A DNA stretch of 64,000 bases from the human T2T-CHM13v2.0 reference genome, Homo sapiens: contig CP068257.2 of assembly GCA_009914755.4 (NCBI GenBank), positions 18,016,001 through 18,080,000 on the forward strand, in the 5' to 3' direction. The position numbers were made by a program, and so were the translations under genes. The notes beneath the pieces were generated by a model. It worked only from the letters and a program-made list of their open reading frames with translations. It was not told the DNA's origin and made no database searches. Position 1 is the stretch's first letter, and each line of letters starts with the position of its first letter. This document shows, piece after piece, positions 51,007-64,000 of the stretch.

Positions 51007-53281
51007 TGATATGATTTGGCTGTGTCCCCACCAAAATCTCATCTTGAATTGTAACTCCCACAATTGCCATGTGTTGTAGGAGGAACCTGGTGGGAGGTCA
51101 TTGAATCGCAGGGGCTGGTCTTTCCCCTGCTGTCCTTGTGATAGGGAATAAGTCTCATGAGATCTGAGGGTTTTAAAAACAGGAGTTTCCCTGCACAAGA
51201 TCTCTTCTTTTGTCTGCCACCATGTGAGATGTGCCTTTCACCTTCCGCCATGTTTATGAGGCCTCAACAGCCATGTGGAATTGTAAGTCCATTAAACTCT
51301 TTTTCTTACCAGTCTCAGGTATGTCACTATGAGCAGTGTGAAAATGGACTAATATAATAAATTAGAGCAGTAGAGTGGATTCTGCTGAAAAAATACCCCA
51401 AAATGTGGAAGCAACTTTGAAACTTGGTAATAAGCAGGGGTTGGAACAGTTTGGAGGGCTCAGAAGAAGACAGAAAAATATGGGAAAGTTTGGAACTCCC
51501 TAGAGACTTGTTCAATGGCTTTGTCCAAAATGCTAATAATGATATGGACAATAAAGCCCAGGCTGAGGTGGTCTCAGGTGAAGATGAGGAACTTGTTTGG
51601 AACTGGAGCAAAGGTGACTCTTGTTATGTTTTAGCAAAGAGACTGGTGGCATTTTGCCCCTTCCCTAAAGATTTGTGAGACTTTGAACTTGAGAGAGGTG
51701 CTTAAGGGTATCTGGTGGAAGAAATTTTTACGCAGCAAAGCATACAAGAGGTGACTTGGGTACCATTAAAGGCATTCAGTTTTAAAAGGGAAACAGAGCA
51801 TAAAAGTTTGGAAACTTTGCAGCCTGAAAATGTGATAGAAAAGAAAATTCCATTTTCTGAGGAGAAATTCAAGCCAGCTGCAGATATTTGCACAAGTAAC
51901 AAGAATCTGAATGTTAGTCTCCAAGACAATGGGGAAAATGTCATCAGGGCATATCAGAGGTCTTCATGGCAGCCCTCTCATCACAGAACTGGAGGCCTAG
52001 GAAGAACACATGGTTTCCTGGGCCAAGTCCCTGGTCCCTGTGCTGTGTGCAGCCTAGGGATTTAGTGCCCTGCATCCCAGCTGCTCCAGCCATGGCTGAA
52101 AGGGGACAACATAGAGCTCAGGCTGTGGATTCAGAGTATGCAAGCCCCAAGCCTTGACAGATTCCATGTGGTGTTGAGCCTGCCAGTGCAAAAAAGTCAA
52201 GAACTGGGGCTTGGGAACCTCCTCCTAGATTTCAGAGGATGTATGGAAATGCTTGGATGTCAAGGCTTAAGTTTGCTGCAGGGGCGAAGCTCTCATGGAG
52301 AATCTCTGCTAGGGCAGTGTGAAAGGGAAATGTGGGGTCAGAACCCCCACACAGAGTTCCTACTTGGTACCTCCTAATGGAGCTGTGAGAAGAGGGCCAC
52401 TGTCATTCAGACCCCAAAGTGGTAGATTCACCATCAGCTTGCACCATTTGCCTAGAAAAGCCACAGACACTCAATGCCAGCCTGTGAAAGCAACTGGTAG
52501 GGAGGCTGTACCCTGCAATGCCACAGGGGCAGAGCTGCCCAAGACCATGGGAACCCACCTTTTGCCTCAGCATGACTTGGATGTGAGACATGGAGTCAAC
52601 AGACATCATTTTGGAGCTTGAAGATTTGACCACCTTGCTGGATTTCAGACTTGCATGGGGCCTGTAGCCCCTTTGTTTTGGCCAATTTCTCCCATTTGGG
52701 ACAGCTGTATTTAACAAATGCCTGTGCCCCTATTGTATCTAGAAAGTAACTAACTTGCTTTTGATTTTACTGGCTCATAAGCAGAAAGGACTTGCTTTGT
52801 CTCAGATGAGACTTTGGACTGTGGACTTTTGGGTTAATGCTGAAATGAGTTAAGACTTTGGGTGACTATTGGGAAAGCATGATTGCTATTGAAACTTGAG
52901 GACATGAGATTTGGGAGGGACTGGGGTGGAATGATATGGTTTGGCTGTGTCCCCACCCAAATCTCATCTTGAATTATAACTTCCACAATTCCCTCATGTC
53001 ATGGGAGAAACCTGGTGGGAGGCAAGTCAATCATGGGGGCAAGTTTTTCCATGCTGTTCTCATGATAGTGAATAAGTCTCACAAGATCTGATGGTTTTAA
53101 AAATGGGAGTTCCCCTGAACAAGACCTCTTCTCTTGTCTGCCACCATGTGAAATGTGCCTTTCACCTTCCACCATGATTGTGAGGCCTCCCCAGCCATGT
53201 GAAACTGTAAGTCCATTAAACCTCTTTTTCTTCCCAGTCTCAGGTCTGTCTTTATCAGCAGCGTGGAAATGGACTAATACA
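51007..53281 (+). mobile_element. Complete THE1 (ERVL-MaLR) retrotransposon: 5' LTR (51007..~51355), internal region (~1.58 kb), 3' LTR (52933..53281)
   Basis: Two co-oriented THE1 LTRs (tgatatgatttggctgtgtccccaccaaaatctcatcttgaattgtaactcccacaattgccatgtgttgtaggaggaacctggtggga... and tgatatggtttggctgtgtccccacccaaatctcatcttgaattataacttccacaattccctcatgtcatgggagaaacctggtggga...) both end in ...aaatggactaata(t/c)a. They are separated by the length expected for THE1-int. Internal ORFs (51424..52621) are short and do not resemble any protein family I recognise. Possible short TSD aaaag/taaag. Confidence 0.85.
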
Positions 53282-56200
53282 TAAAGTCAAGTTGAATTTT
53301 TTGGCCTGTGCATTTTGCAATATATTTTAAGAACAGTATCAATTTCTGGCTTCAAATTGTTGTGTATATGGATTATTAGAAGTATTACATATGAAAAAGA
53401 TTTAAATATTCCATTGTTAAGACCATAATTATAAACATGAGACATTTTTGTGTGACAAGCTCCTTTTAGAGAAGACGTAAAAGCATAATAAAAGGCTTCT
53501 TGTCTAATACAGAGCAAATATTTTCAGTAATGGAAAGAAGGAGACATAATATCTTTAACTTATCTTAATATTACCTTTTTATTCCCTGTAGGAAAATGAA
53601 ATAGCCAGTTCTACTTTTCAATGTAATTGTTCTAAATGAATTCAATAAAAATAGCTGAAATATGTTGATGTCTTTGAGAATCAAAATTTTTTGTTTTCAA
53701 GTGGGTGACTGAATAATTTATTTCAATATATTCGGTAATAGCTGAAATTTTTAATTTATTTCCTTCACATTTTCGACTAACTTTATCCTAATCCCGAAAA
53801 TTTTCCTTTAGTGATAAAATGCACTCCAAGTTAAACATGTTCAACATTGATTCAAGTTTATAGACCATTTTATTGAGGCTTCAATAGTGTGAATACTCAC
53901 ACACACACAAATACTCTAATGATTTATTACATTACAGTGATGCTGAGAACAACAATAATGGATCTAGAAGTCTATGGCCTTTTCAAGAATATATGAAATC
54001 CTTTTGGATGAATGATTAACACAAAGTAAGTACAAAGACAGATGGTGTATGATCTTTGACATTATAACATGTTAGTATTTCAGACTGGTTTATTATAGAA
54101 AAAGGTCAGTCAATATTAGAGACAGCTTGTAAGAGAAAATGTAGTTTGAAAGACTCTGAGGAAATAAAAGTTGAGAATGTGGTAGGACCTCTTTGAGTAT
54201 TAACCATATTATGATAGCAGATGATAATCAAATGTATTGAAAAGTCCTTAAAGTTTATAAAAGAATAAAGATATTGTTCCTTTGATGAAACTACTAGAGT
54301 ATTTTAAGGTATTTTCACTTCCAATTGATTTAATACATAAGCTTATATAATTTTTAAAATAATATTTTATGTCTGCCTTTTCTTGTCTAACTTCACTTTC
54401 TCTTTTGATAATTACATTATTTCTTTGCTTTACACAATGTGCGGTGTTGACTCCCAAACATATGATTTTCAGCTCTACAATCTCTCCACATACCTACCAA
54501 ATCACATGTACAAATTTCTTTGATATTTCGACTTGAAAATATAAAACATCTTAATATTAACATGGACATAAAACTCAATGATTAATTCCTGTTCTCCATG
54601 CAATCTGTGCCTCTCAGATTTTCCTAATTCAAGGAAAAAAATCAAGGACATATTCCTGATTCTCTCCTTTTCTTAAATTTCTAGCTCATCATTCATTATG
54701 TTTTTCAATATCTATCTTTAAAATATATATCAAATTTCCACATATATTCCATCTAAACTACAATCATTCACACTGTTTGCCTGCTAGATTACTCTAATGC
54801 ACATTTAATGCCCTCTCTGCTTCTAATCCTGGCATTTCCAGTTCATTTTTTACATGACCAGATATTGTGAACTTTTAAAGCAAATAGTGTATGAGATTTC
54901 ATTTGTTTCAACGGTTTCTCAAAGCAGTAAGATTAAAACCCCAACACTTTAATTGTATTACAAAACCTACATAATATGGTCCCACCTATATCTTCCTGAA
55001 CTGCCTACTTGCCTGTGTTGTCACTATTTTTTTCAGTATTTTTTCAATGGCATTGGCTTTTGTAAATGCTCTAGATAGTTCCTGGCCTAGGGCCTTTGTA
55101 ATAGATTGCTCTCTTGAAATATGCTTTTCCTGATCTTCATTGAGCTGACATCTTGCCTTTTTATGTCTGAGTCTTTGTGTCCTCATCAGAAGGTTCTTTC
55201 TGTAACCAACATCTATTGTGAAATTATTACATCATTCTGTCTGACTGATCAGCAGAACAATATTCACTTTCTGATATATGTATTTTAATTTAATTTGTTG
55301 ATTTTTAAATTAATTTCTGGCTCCAGATGAGAAAACAAATCACTAGAATATACAAAAGTGAAATAACAAACAGTAAAAAGAAAATATGAGACTGGGAAAT
55401 TATGCCATGAAAAAAGAGAAAACTTGGAGTTATACTACATTGAAGACCCAAAAGATTAGTGCCGAAGCCAATACTTTAGATATTTGTATCCAGATATAAA
55501 TTAACTTGGATGTTTGAAAGTGAATTTCTAATCTTTCTCCACCGCATCTAATCTGTTCCACTTTTCCATCTCAATTGACGGCTAATACATCCTGTTAGTT
55601 TTCCCGTCAAGTTCCCTTTGAGTTACCTTTGACATCTCCCTTTCTTTCGCAATCTGTATCTCTTCTGCCTGCATGATTTTTTACTTTTAGGATGTACCCA
55701 GAATTTTATCACTTATCACCACATCCATTGCTCTACCTTGGATTAAATTTTCATCCTATTTTATTACCTGAAATAGCATTCAGGGTTTCAAATTCATTCA
55801 TTTCTAAGTCATATTATGTTTTCCTTTTGCTCAAAAATCATTCATAGATTTCTTATCTCACTCAAAGAAGAATGAATGGCTATAAAAATGGATGACAGGG
55901 ATGATCAGGAAACAGCTTCCAACTCAAATCTGGTGTCATCTTCCACTGGGTCTCTGATCCTGATCACATGGGCCTCCCCAATCTTTTAAATCAAACCAAG
56001 CCTGCCCAAACCTTCAGGACGTGTTAATTCCTAGGCTGTCTATCTTAAATGTTCTCTCCTCTAGTATTTACCTGACTTACTTATCAACTTCAAGTCTTTT
56101 GTCAAATGTAACCTGTGAAAGAGGCATAACCACCATATTTAAAATTATTCTCTTTCCCTACTCATTGGCTCTCCACTTTGATAGTGCTTTTCACCATCTA

Positions 56201-58974
56201 ATGTACTACACTTGTTATTCAATTTGTTTACATTCTCTCACTCTATCAAAAGAATATAAATTGTAAAAAGGTAGAAATACTTGTCTGTTTTGTTCAACTC
56301 TTTATGCCCAGTGCTTAGAAGAGAGGACAGCAACTACTAGACGTTAAATAAAAGGCTATACAGTTACATTCATAACTGAACAATTAATGAATTAATCTAA
56401 CACACAATGTGAAAATTTTAAAAGAGAACAAACTTAAACTTTATAAAAAGATGTTAAAAAATATACATCAATAACATTCAATCCCCTTTTGTGGATAAGA
56501 ATAATCAACACTATAAACATCAATCTTATCAAATAAGTTTATAGAATTAATGTCATTTAAATCAAAATGGCAATAGCATTTTTTTAACTTGGTAAACTTA
56601 TTAACATTACGTAAAATAGCAAAAAAAAAAGCAAAGATAGTCAAGATACACTCAAAGAAGGATACACTGGTGGCATTTGCTCTATCACATAGCAATTGTA
56701 ATTATACATAAACGGTGTGGTAGGCAGCATCTAAGATGGAATTCAATGATTGCCACTTCCTAGTTTTCACATCGTGGTATTCATGCCTTATGTACCCCTT
56801 TTGTAAGTGTTTCGAGGGTTTATTAACTCGTGTGTCATAAACAGCACAGGGAAGATACAAACGTGATGTCACTTTAGAGAACAGGTAATTAAAAGACTGG
56901 TTTTGTTTGGGCATGCACCCCCTCATCTCCCTTAGATTTCTCTCTCTCTCTGGGAATCCAGCTGCATTAGGCAGCCCTGGGGAAAGGCTCAAGTGGTAAA
57001 GGACCAACTTAGGACCTGGATCCTCCCCGAAGTTGAACAGTCAAATCACACTGCAGTCCCAGTCAATGCTTGCAATACATCCTCATGACAGACCTTGAGC
57101 CAGAGGCACACAATGAAGTCATGCTTGGATTGCTGACCAAAGATTGTTGAGATAATAAGGTTTTGTTGTTATCAGAGTTTAAGATCGAGGATAATTTGTC
57201 ATGCAGCACTAGATGACTAAATTTCATAGTAGTCAGGAAAGTCATATGATAAGGTCATCTATACATGTTAAAAGGAAGAAAACATCCAGAAAGATATCTA
57301 TGCATCGAAAGAATTTTGATGCATAGATATAGAATTTAAAATAGATGTGGAATTACAGATTTTAAAAAGAAAGTAATTCTGCTGATTGCTGACTTGTGTC
57401 TAATTGAATTTAAAATATGTGATATTTGTCTTTTAAAAATGCATAAGTGAATGGAAAAATAATAACCAATCAAGAGTGCCACTTATTTCCTTGGTACTTA
57501 TGCATTGAAGGCTTATTCCCAGCTTGTGAAAGGTCGAATCATTATGGCAAAATTCTCATTGTTACTGGAATATCAAATGATTTAGCATATTGGTACTGAC
57601 AGAAGAATTTCATTGAATTATCAGATGCACTCAACCAAAATTTAAATACAACAAAACCAATTGCATGTCTGTTGCTTCATCGTTTAAGCTCATTTGTCTT
57701 AAGTACATGGGAAAAATCAAGGAAAAAGTCAGAAAATAATTTTACTCATTCACCAGAATACTGCCATTATTTTTGTGGATTAAAAACTTTATAAATTACC
57801 TGATGTTAATGGCAACAGTAGTCTTACTAGCCTACCATAACAAATAGAGCATGAATACCTATTTATTACCTACTATCTTTATAAGTGTACATATGTTTTT
57901 ACCTGGTTAATCATTGACATTCACTGGAGGATGCAGTGGTCATTGGCACCAAGGATCACATATTTTACACAGAAACTTGAGCAACAGAGGTCAAGTACCT
58001 TATCAAAAATCACACAATAATTTCATGTGTAAAAGAACAAAAACCTGTTCCATTTCTCATGAAGAAGGCAAATTGCTTTGTTATTATATACAAATTCTTT
58101 AAAAATTAAATGTTACATATAACCAATCACTGTTTTTGGTCACTAATTTTTGTGTTAATGTCAATAAACTATGAACTTAGAATAAATTTCTAAATTTCTA
58201 TTTTCTTTCTATACTTGTCTATTCTCTTAGGCTTCATGTTTCTGTAACATAGGATATAAGCATCAAAATAATATCCAACAGTGTAAAGTTTCTCCATTTT
58301 AAGTCACTGAATTTATGGGCTATAAAAATAAGAGATTAAACTATAGCTTTGTCAGAGCATAAAGAAAAGTCTCAAAGTATCTGACCTCGTCAACTTAATA
58401 TGAGTTAGTATCCATAAAGAATGATGAAAAGCTATTAATTGAAAAATATGAATATATAATAAAAAATTTAATAGCAGTTTAAGGTTCTCATCATCTGTTG
58501 ATAATGTATAATTTTAGGAATTATTCTGGCAAATTGTCAGGCTTAATTTTATGATAGAGATATTGATTTACATGTAATTATCTTAGCAATATATTTTGCA
58601 ATTAAATATAGAGTGGATTTAGCTTCTTTGACAACTTCCAGGAAACTTGGTAGCATGAGACTATACATATATAATATTTGTCATATACAAGTATGTATAT
58701 ATATTCTCGACCTTGCCTTCTTCAGAAAATGATTGATGGAAATTCTAGGAATTAATGTTCTTATAACAGGTTATTTAAAAGAAATTCCTTTAATTTCACC
58801 TATGATGCAAACCGCAAGACAATAAAATATCAGCTATTCTTATATGAAAGTGAGGTAAGTTCATTCTTCAGGATAAGCAAAGAACTTTCCGGTAAATGAG
58901 TCTGTGACTCTTCTAACATCACTCACATTCAGGATACAAAATGATCAGGACTGGGAGGTTACAACAGAACGTGG

Positions 58975-59750
58975 TCCATGAAAGAAAAATCAAACAAATT
59001 AGATTTTATCACAACAGACTGGACTTGATTAAAATTAGAAACTTTTGCTTTGCAGAAGACCATGTTAATTAGATGAAAAACCACAGAATGGGAGAAAATA
59101 TTTGCAAATCACATAACTAACAAAAGATTTGTATGTGAAATATATAAAGAGCACTCTACAGTCAGCAGTAAGAAAACGACAATCCAATTAGAACATGTGC
59201 AAACAAGTTTAACAGACACTTTCATTTAAAAAGATAGACATTTAGAAAATAAGCACATTAAAAGGATGTTTAACACCAATAGTCATGAGGCAAAGGCAAA
59301 CTAAAGCTTAATGATATGAGATATCACTACTCACCCATTAGAATAGCTGAAATTAAAAATATAGCAATTGCTGGTCAGAATACAGAGAAATTGAATCCTT
59401 CATATGTTGCTGGTAAGAATGTAAAATGAAACAGCCATTCTGGAAAACAGTTTTGTAGTTTCTTATAAAACAAAACTATACAAATGCCATACAACCCAGC
59501 AATAACACTGTTGAATATTTATCCTAGAATAATTAAAAACTACGTTTCCAGACAAACCTGTACATCATTGTTCGTAGCAGTTTGGGGCTCATACAAGTTC
59601 CACACTGGATACAACCCAAATGTTCCTTAATGGGTGAATGTACAAATTGTGGTAGACACATGCAATTGAATACTACTTGGCAATAAAAAGGAGGGAACTA
59701 TTGACTTACACAACTTTGATGTATTTTAAAGTCATTAGATTGATTTTTAA
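58975..59750 (+). mobile_element. Old LINE-1 (L1M-type) 3' end: ORF2 C-terminus plus 3'UTR, 5'-truncated
   Basis: Plus-strand translation gives ...TEWEKIFANHITNKRFVCEIYKEHSTVSSKKTTIQLEHVQTSLTDTFI.KDRHLENKHIKRMFNTNSHEAKAN.SLMI.DITTHPLE.LKLKI.QLLVRIQRN.ILHMLLVRM.NETAILENSFVVSYKTKLYKCHTTQQ.HC.IFILE.LKTTFPDKPVHHCS.QFGAHTSSTLDTTQMFLNG.MYKLW.THAIEYYLAIKRREL, tracking L1 ORF2 ...[49 protein letters not shown]...[34 protein letters not shown]...LLVGM.NGTAT.ENS.AV.QKVKHRITI.PSNSTPRYIPKRNENICPHK.LYTNVHSSIIHNSQKVETTQMS.N..MDKQNVVYTYNGILFSHKKE.... Confidence 0.75.
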
Positions 59751-60872
59751 AGGCCATCCCTAAAATTTACTTTATGATTTTATTTACATAACTTTCTTGA
59801 AGTTGCACAATCGTGTGAATAGAGAGATTAGTATTTTCATGGGTTAGGGTTTGGGGGCATTTTTAACACAAGGAAGTTTCTTTAAGATGATGGTACAGTT
59901 TTTGTTTTCTGCTGTGATGGTGCATACGTACATCTATATGTGTGATAAAATTACATAGAATTATATAATATAAATTTGCATGTAAAAACGGAAAGACTCT
60001 GAATAAGATCTGTACTCATGTTCATAGAATTGTACCAATGTCAATTTCCTGGCTTTGACAATGTACCATGGTTATGTAACATCTTGTAATTGAGGGAATT
60101 TGACAAAATATATTGATAACTCTGCATTGTTTACACAGTATTTTGTGTCATTTTCAATATAAAAAGGTATAAAAATGACTCACTCTAAAATCCAATTGAA
60201 GTGTTAAAATAATCATGATTGGGTATTTATGGTTGCATTGGTTCTATTGATTTTCACCTTTACATTTGTGAAAAGTTTGTGGTAACAAAGTGTAACCCTT
60301 CACTGTGTTTGCATCTCTCCCCCTCATGCCCTCCCTGCTCCAACAATAATGGAGGTTAGAAGGTACTTGTTTCTCCCTTCAATCCTAGAAAGTGGAGCTT
60401 TGCTGAGACCACATGGAACACTTGATATACTTTATTTGTGTTTTGAAGAACTCAGAAGACCTATGACTGACTCCCCCTTAAACATGGTTAATGAAAGAGA
60501 AGGTAGCTGAGTAGGTTCTCTCCTATGGGAGAAAGAAAACATGGACTGCGTTATGGCTGTCCTGTTTTCCCAACATGGATCCAGAGAGAGAGATTGTATG
60601 AGAGAAAAAGAGTGCAGAACTAGGATGGAGTCTGGTGGAAATAATTCATAGAATATCAAGTCTAAAGGTTTCCAAAGTTATTGCATCTTTCAAATTATGT
60701 TTGGCATATAAATCTAAAGCTGACTAACTTCATTTAAGAAGTAATGTCATTTTTATGTGGTTACAGAAATTCCAGGAATATATTATGTTTGAAATACATA
60801 ATTTCCGTAAATTCCAGGAATATGTTATGTTTGAAATACACAAAGGATTACTGTGAGTCTTAAGAGTTTTTG

Positions 60873-60899
60873 TTTGTTGGTTGGTTGGTTGGTTGGTTT
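60873..60899. repeat. (TTGG)n tetranucleotide microsatellite adjoining the Alu 5' end
   Basis: tgtttgttggttggttggttggttggtttgtttt is directly visible. Confidence 0.9.
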
Positions 60900-60907
60900 G
60901 TTTTCCA

Positions 60908-61203
60908 GCCAGGTGTGGTGGCTGACACCTGTAATTCTAGCACTATTGGGGGCCGAGGTGGGCGAATCACCTGAGGTCGGGAGTTCGAGACCAGCCTAGC
61001 CAATGTGGCAAAACCCCGTCTCTACTAAAAATACAAAAATTAGCAGGGCATGGTGGCACACACCTGTAATCCCAGCTACTCAGGAGTCTGAGGCAGGAGA
61101 ATACCTTGAACCTGGGAGGTGGAGGCAGCAGTCAGTTCAGACTGCACCACTGCACTCCAGCCTGGGTGACAGAGGGAGACTCTGTCTCAAAAAGAAAAAA
61201 AAA
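60908..61203 (+). mobile_element. Alu SINE (AluS-like), plus strand, with A-tail
   Basis: agccaggtgtggtggctgacacctgtaattctagcactattgggggccgaggtgggcgaatcacctgaggtcgggagttcgagaccagcc...cactgcactccagcctgggtgacagagggagactctgtctcaaaaagaaaaaaaaa. A poly-T run (61206-61220) follows the A-tail. Confidence 0.9.
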
Positions 61204-64000
61204 TTCTTTTTTTTTTTTTTCTCCTCTCTCTACTACTCTAAAACTCCTGGGACCTTTTACTGTCTTTCCTGTTCTCCTGACACTCCATCCCTGGAAAACT
61301 AAGGTTTCTTTTCTGACTGCTTCCTTTGGGTTCTACCCGATTTAATTGGTGCATTTATTTCTTTCCATTGAGAGAAGAGATTAAAACAGCTCAATTTTCA
61401 TGTCCAAACACTCTTTTACAAGTGTAGAAAAAAGTTATGAACACTGACACACTGATATTTTTATTCTTCACATTTACCTGTTAATTGGTGAAATTCATAT
61501 AATTTTTGAATTTACAATAATTGTATTTGGGAATTTTTGGCCTTCATACACATTACTTTTCTCATGCTACACATTATTCAACAGTAAATTTGCAAGAACC
61601 TGAGTAATTCCTGAAATTCTAAAATAAATGTTGATCAGTGTCTATTTCTAACATTTACTACTGAGACCTTTATTTAAATGAAACAACTTAAAGATTATGA
61701 GCCAATTTAAAGTAATTGAACAGTAATAAGGCCGTAACTTTAATGTGATCATATTAAAGGTAATAATTCATTTACAAGCTTGATTTGTATTATTGGTAGT
61801 ATATTATTTCTAAATAAATTAACAGTAAATTTCCGAACTCATTTATTAGACACTTTAAAAAGCCTTGCTAATTCTACTATTTATCATTTAGATTTTGTCA
61901 GTATTAAAGTTTTATTTGTATCATCTTTTGAAAAAATATTTGTGGTATATGAGTATAATTAATATACTAATGGGAATAGTTAGTACCCCAATCAGTAATG
62001 TAAGGCACCAGCATAAAAATTAAGTGATTAAAAAAATCTACTTAAGAACAAATAAAAATAATATGTATTTTAGGGCTGATAAAATAAATTTCATATATTT
62101 TAAAAATGTTTATTTTTCTAATTATATAAACCACTACTAAATACATAATTAAGTGGCTAACACTTTCTCCTTCTGGTAACAGAACATGAATACCTTTTAA
62201 TACTTCTTAATTACAGTATAATATTTTGTTCTTAAACTTAGGATTTGTTGTTTTCAAAGTAATGTTGAAAAATAACTGTATCTGTTATTAATTCTGAGCC
62301 ATCTTACAAAATTGCAACATGCTAAAAAGCTTTATGTTTGAAGGCTGTAGTAGTGAACATTCTAAAGTTGACATAATACCTAGTGTTTATTCGCTCCTTA
62401 ATAACGTTAAGTATTAATCAAAATTTCTGAACTTGCATATCAATTTTCCATGATAGCATTTAGCAAATTATTTTTGACTTGTTTTCCTCTACATTATTTT
62501 AAAATTTACATTCTATTTTAAAATAAATAAGGTGAGAAGGCTTGATTTAAGAGAATATAGAAAGTGTGGATGGTATTCTTGACCAAAAGAACGTCATGAA
62601 TGAGATGGGCTGTTCTAGACTGCATGGGACCCTACCAGTGATGAAGATAGGACTATAGGCTGTCATGTGGTTGTTTGTTCCATGCCAAGCAGCTTTGCTT
62701 TGATCTCTATCATATATTGGCTGCTGCACGCAATTCCACTTGGGGAAAACAAAAAACACCACTGAATTCTCCCATTGGCTTAGGAGTTAATCTGCATTCC
62801 ATGAAGGACTCCTAGACTTCATGCAGAATTTGGAAGGGTCAAATTTTTTATTCTGTTGACCTAATGCTTCGTATTTTTGAAAATCTTATTCTTTGGCTCT
62901 TTACTTCCTGTGGTTTTGATTACTTTCATGTTTAGTAAATATGACTTTTTTTTTCTTCTAATGATAAATTCTTTTCTTTAAATAGAAAAAAATTATAATA
63001 CTAACAAGCAAGGTATTGTAGCAGTTAAAAGACAAAAACTTTCAGGAGCATTTTTGTTTCACTTTGTTTTCCTTTGTTTTTTAATTGTTGGCTATACTTA
63101 CAAAGAATTAGAAAAACAAGATTAGGAATGTAAGTAATTTAGGAGAAAATAGTCTCTCAGAAACACATGCAGATTTAGACACAAAAACTCAGAAGATAGC
63201 ATAGTGTTTAGTCTATAATTGGTATTCTTTAAATTTCTTATTTTATCGTTTTTGTTTGTTTAGTTGTTTATACTTTAGCAGTTTTCTTCTGACAGTACTT
63301 TTTGTTTGTTTTTTTGGTATAGAGAGCACATATATATATTGTCCAGGTTTTACTGGTCCCAATTTGGGAATGTAGCTTGTTTTTCACAGAGGAGAATCAG
63401 TAAGTTTTCCTTATATTTCTGTCTAACCAATCCATCATAAACATCAATATGTCACAATATTTTGGGGTACAATTTACTACTAGGATCTGTGGGTAGAGCA
63501 AACTAAAAAGATGAAATATTTTCCTTGGTGCAGCATAACCAGAAATCTGTGATTTATTTAGATTCATTTTATTATGAAAACAAGAAAAGTCAAGAATTGG
63601 ATATTGTCTAGTCTGTTCTCACCTTACAGAGTGATGACATCATACACAAGAGAGGGTGCACAAAGACCAGAAAGCCTTCTCCTTACACTTGAGGCAGTGT
63701 TAGGAGATAGCCCGTTATATGTTGAAGGTCAGAAATATCTCAATTGTCATTATTATTTAAGATATTAAAATTAACTGTTTTGGGGACATGCTTACAATAC
63801 TAAAATACTCTAAAAATGTCCACAACCAGAAGACATAGCTGATTAAAAATAGAAAGGTATATAATTAGTGAAAGATAAGATACTCTAGGTGACATTAAAA
63901 TTATATTAATATGAAAACAGTGTGCTCAGTTACGTACATACCTTGAGAATTTAGAAGCCAGATATTACAACCCTAAATTCCAGTTTTAGGTTCATCCACT

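Overview
This 64 kb window reads as primate (most likely human) nuclear DNA, not a prokaryotic locus. It is AT-rich by inspection, has no CpG-island-like stretch and no convincing cellular protein-coding gene. It is densely packed with interspersed repeats.

Repeats I can support from the sequence:
- Seven Alu SINEs or Alu fragments.
- At least eight LINE-1 segments on both strands.
- Two pogo/Tigger-type DNA transposons: a near full-length Tigger1 and a shorter Tigger2-like element.
- Six ERVL-MaLR-type LTR units (THE1/MST/MLT-like), including one complete THE1 (LTR-internal-LTR).
- A heavily deleted gammaretrovirus-like (class I ERV) provirus whose gag resembles HERV-W gag.
- A short LTR17/HERV-W-like U5 fragment.
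- Several microsatellites and homopolymer runs.

The six-frame ORF track is prokaryote-style and misleading here. Every ORF I could assign is a decayed transposable-element coding remnant (L1 ORF1/ORF2, Tigger transposase, ERV gag), a chance frame in GC-rich L1 5'UTR sequence, or noise in AT-rich DNA.

I found no CRISPR array, operon, tRNA/rRNA gene or other defence or biosynthetic system. The second-look items are:
- nested and rearranged TE architecture: an ERV inside L1 ORF1, a Tigger2-like insertion in L1 ORF1 flanked by TA, an inverted L1 block, and a 3'-truncated L1 fused to an LTR17-like fragment;
- a complete ancient THE1;
- a young L1 3' end with a clean 13-bp target-site duplication (TSD);
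- two isolated sequence stretches with canonical splice signals that could be exons of an unannotated transcript.

All family names are from memory of consensus sequences and coordinates are approximate (about ±10-20 bp). A RepeatMasker/Dfam run would be decisive.
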